From the NCBI GenBank assembly GCA_964564245.1, contig CAZMAK010000006.1, forward strand, positions 1,213-65,212: a stretch of DNA of 64,000 bases, written 5' to 3'. The DNA comes from an uncultured Ectothiorhodospiraceae bacterium. Lineage in GTDB: Bacteria > Pseudomonadota > Gammaproteobacteria > UBA9214. This document shows positions 61,732 through 64,000 of the stretch, one piece after another. Position 1 is the stretch's first letter, and every line of letters begins with the position of its first letter. The notes beneath the pieces are model-generated. The model searched no databases. It was not told where the DNA came from and saw nothing but the letters and a program-made list of their open reading frames with translations. A program made the position numbers and the translations under genes.

Positions 61732-61825
61732 GCACTTCCCCCTGTGTTATGCTGATCAAGGCATCCTCTGAACCCGGGATGCCTGAAGTGTAACGTGAAC
61801 CCGTCCGGATTTCCCGCCTGCCTGT

Positions 61826-63283
61826 ATGCATAACCTGTCCTCGTTGCCGTTCAGCAATTCCTTTGCCGCCCTGCCGGCTGCGTTCTACGCGCGAGTGCTG
61901 CCGACACCGCTGGAGCGCCCGGCCCGGCTGGTGCATTTCAACCCGGCGGCGGCCGCCTTGCTGGAACTCGATCCGGCCGTGTCCGCCGATCCCGCGTTCG
62001 CCGACATCTTCAGCGGCAACCGTCCCTGGCCCGGCACCGACCCGGTCGCGATGCGCTACAGCGGGCACCAGTTCGGCCACTATGTGCGCCAGCTTGGTGA
62101 CGGTCGCGCCATCGTGCTGGGCGAAACCGTCAACAGCCACGGGCAACGCTGGGAGATCCAGCTGAAGGGCAGCGGCCAGACCCCGTATTCACGTGACGGC
62201 GACGGCCGTGCAGTGCTGCGTTCCACCATACGGGAATACCTGTGCAGCGAGGCCATGCACGGACTGGGCATCCCGACCACGCGTGCGCTGTGTATCACGT
62301 CCAGCGACGACGAGGTATACCGCGAGCGCATCGAACCGGCTGCGGTGCTTACCCGGCTGGCGCCCACGCACCTGCGCTTCGGTTCGTTCGAGGTGTTGTT
62401 CTACAACAACCGGCATGAGGAGATCCGCGTGCTGGCCGACTACCTGCTGCACCATCACTTCCCGGAGGCGCTGGACGAACCGGACCCGTATGTGGCCCTG
62501 CTGAACCACGTGGTGGACCGCACCGCTCAACTGCTGGCCCGCTGGCAGGCGGTCGGATTCGCACACGGCGTGATGAACACCGACAACATGTCGGTGCTGG
62601 GACTGACGCTGGATTACGGGCCGTTCGGATTCATGGAGGCGTTCGATCCCGGCTTTATCTGCAACCATTCCGACCATTACGGCCGTTACGCCTTCGACGC
62701 GCAGCCGCAGGTGGCGCTGTTCAACCTGAGCTGTTTTGCCCAGACCCAGCTGCCGCTGCTGGAGGTCGAGGCCGCAAAGGCCGCACTGGAAGGTTTCCAG
62801 CCGGCCTGCACGCGTTACTACGACACGTTGATGGCCGGCAAGCTCGGTTTCCCGGCCGCCAGCGCGGATACCGTGACACTGGCCGGGGACCTGCTGGCAC
62901 AGATGGCGGACAGCGGGACCGATTACACCCGCCTGTTCCGGGCACTGGGCGAGATTGCGCTCGGACGCCAGGACGGCCGTGACCAGTTCGCAGACCGCGA
63001 CCGCTTTGCCCGCTGGCGGGAAGATTACCTGGCCCTGCTGCAACCGCACGTACGACTCGACGCACACTGGCTGGCACGGATGCACGGGACCAATCCGAAA
63101 TACATCCTGCGCAACTATCTCGCACAGGTCGCCATCGATGCGGCGGAACAGCAGGATTACAGCGAGGTGGACCGCCTGTTCCGCCTGCTGCAACGGCCGT
63201 TCGACGAACAGCCGGACATGGAACGCTACGCCGCCCCGCCCCCGGACTGGGCGCGCGACATCCAGGTCAGTTGTTCATCGTAG
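61826..63283 (+). CDS. selO: Protein adenylyltransferase SelO (YdiU/UPF0061)
   Basis: GHQFGHYVRQLGDGRAIVLGE, HGVMNTDNMSVLGLTLDYGPFGF and the flipped-kinase catalytic motifs. 485 aa. Confidence 0.85.
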   Translation: MHNLSSLPFSNSFAALPAAFYARVLPTPLERPARLVHFNPAAAALLELDPAVSADPAFADIFSGNRPWPGTDPVAMRYSGHQFGHYVRQLGDGRAIVLGETVNSHGQRWEIQLKGSGQTPYSRDGDGRAVLRSTIREYLCSEAMHGLGIPTTRALCITSSDDEVYRERIEPAAVLTRLAPTHLRFGSFEVLFYNNRHEEIRVLADYLLHHHFPEALDEPDPYVALLNHVVDRTAQLLARWQAVGFAHGVMNTDNMSVLGLTLDYGPFGFMEAFDPGFICNHSDHYGRYAFDAQPQVALFNLSCFAQTQLPLLEVEAAKAALEGFQPACTRYYDTLMAGKLGFPAASADTVTLAGDLLAQMADSGTDYTRLFRALGEIALGRQDGRDQFADRDRFARWREDYLALLQPHVRLDAHWLARMHGTNPKYILRNYLAQVAIDAAEQQDYSEVDRLFRLLQRPFDEQPDMERYAAPPPDWARDIQVSCSS

Positions 63284-63397
63284 AGGTACCGTATCCCGTC
63301 ATCCCGGCGCAGACCGGAATCCGGAACGTCCTGAAATGAGCAGGTCTGATTATATCGGCGGGTTCAACCGGTGAACGCATCACCTGCATGAATACAG

Positions 63398-64000
63398 TTA
63401 CGCCGGTTTCTTTCGCCTTGTTATTCCAGCCAGCCCCAGCAGACCAGCGCCGAAGAGCCAGACGGTTGCAGGCAGCGGCACATTGCTTACCGTACCTTCC
63501 AGATGCAGGTAATAGGCGACAGAGGTGAAACCGGAACTCGCAGGAAGATGGAAACTGGCATCCAGCGTGTAGCTACTGGTGTCGGAACAACCGCTGCCTG
63601 CAGTACAACTGACCGTTGCAGCGCCAGTCTGGACCAACTGAACGAAAACCCGCTCCAGGTCATTCCCCAGCCGCTCATATCCAGGGTCGGATTGTCACCC
63701 GAACCTCCATTAACGGTAATCGGTGCAGTGGTCAGATGCATCCCGGTTGCGCCAAAAAAAAGTCCACGGATAGTCAATGTTCGGGACTTCACTGCCATCG
63801 ACAGGTCCGGAATGACTGCCACTGGCAATCTGGGCATCGTGGCCAATCCTGATGCCGTGGTAACTGCCAATGGGCGTCTTTTCAGAAAACTCGATGCCGT
63901 TGCCATCGGTGTCCATGGCAAAGCAGGAACCGTAGATGTCGGTGAGTAAATGCGGGCAAAGAGGACAATCGGGATCCGTGGTGCTTCCGAGTGTGAAATT
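63398..64000 (-). pseudogene. PEP-CTERM sorting-domain protein gene, apparently split across three frames (frameshifted or error-containing), running off the window edge
   Basis: The C-terminal frame ends VPLPATVWLFGAGLLGLAGITRRKKPA. Upstream coding signal continues in two other minus-strand frames (63487..63921, 63710..63916). An A8 homopolymer sits at 63754..63761. Confidence 0.35.

Noticed and set aside
62189-63193. 334-aa minus-strand ORF
   Set aside because: Antisense to selO.

Overview
The window is a high-GC (about 65%) gammaproteobacterial chromosomal segment, densely packed with genes on both strands. A DsrC/TusE-like gene and two PEP-CTERM proteins suggest a sulfur-oxidising or Ectothiorhodospiraceae-like host, but this is inference from sequence alone. 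I found no tRNA, rRNA, CRISPR array, transposase or integrase.

Recognisable housekeeping genes are ppc (5' truncated at the window edge), tcdA, tatD, slyD, efpL/yeiP, typA/bipA, rdgC, cspA-family, greB, arfB, two ABC-F ATPases (uup, ybiT), gltA, pcm, the mtnB-mtnD-mtnC methionine-salvage operon, selO and PPK2.

Between these sit several accessory modules of unclear function:
- a divergent three-gene cassette of a RimK-like ATP-grasp ligase, an M14 (AstE/AspA-like) metallopeptidase and a GNAT-C39 cysteine-peptidase fusion (45.8-49.6 kb), which I consider the best candidate for an undescribed system;
- a co-directional coiled-coil/lytic-transglycosylase protein, mini protein kinase and PP2C phosphatase triad (53.7-57.0 kb);
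- a PA2779/PA2778 peptidase pair;
- a receiver-domain protein with an unrecognised membrane-anchored output domain;
- a DsrC-like protein lacking its C-terminal cysteine;
- an orphan 1207-aa protein;
- an AT-rich islet carrying a small HMA-like ORF;
- a LysR regulator divergent from two small proteins and a SET-domain protein.

Two notable non-coding structures are a roughly 130-bp imperfect palindrome downstream of the phosphoesterase gene and a tandem three-hairpin block near 60 kb. Many long ORFs antisense to real genes are GC-content artefacts and were rejected. All calls come from manual motif and homology recognition; no searches were run.
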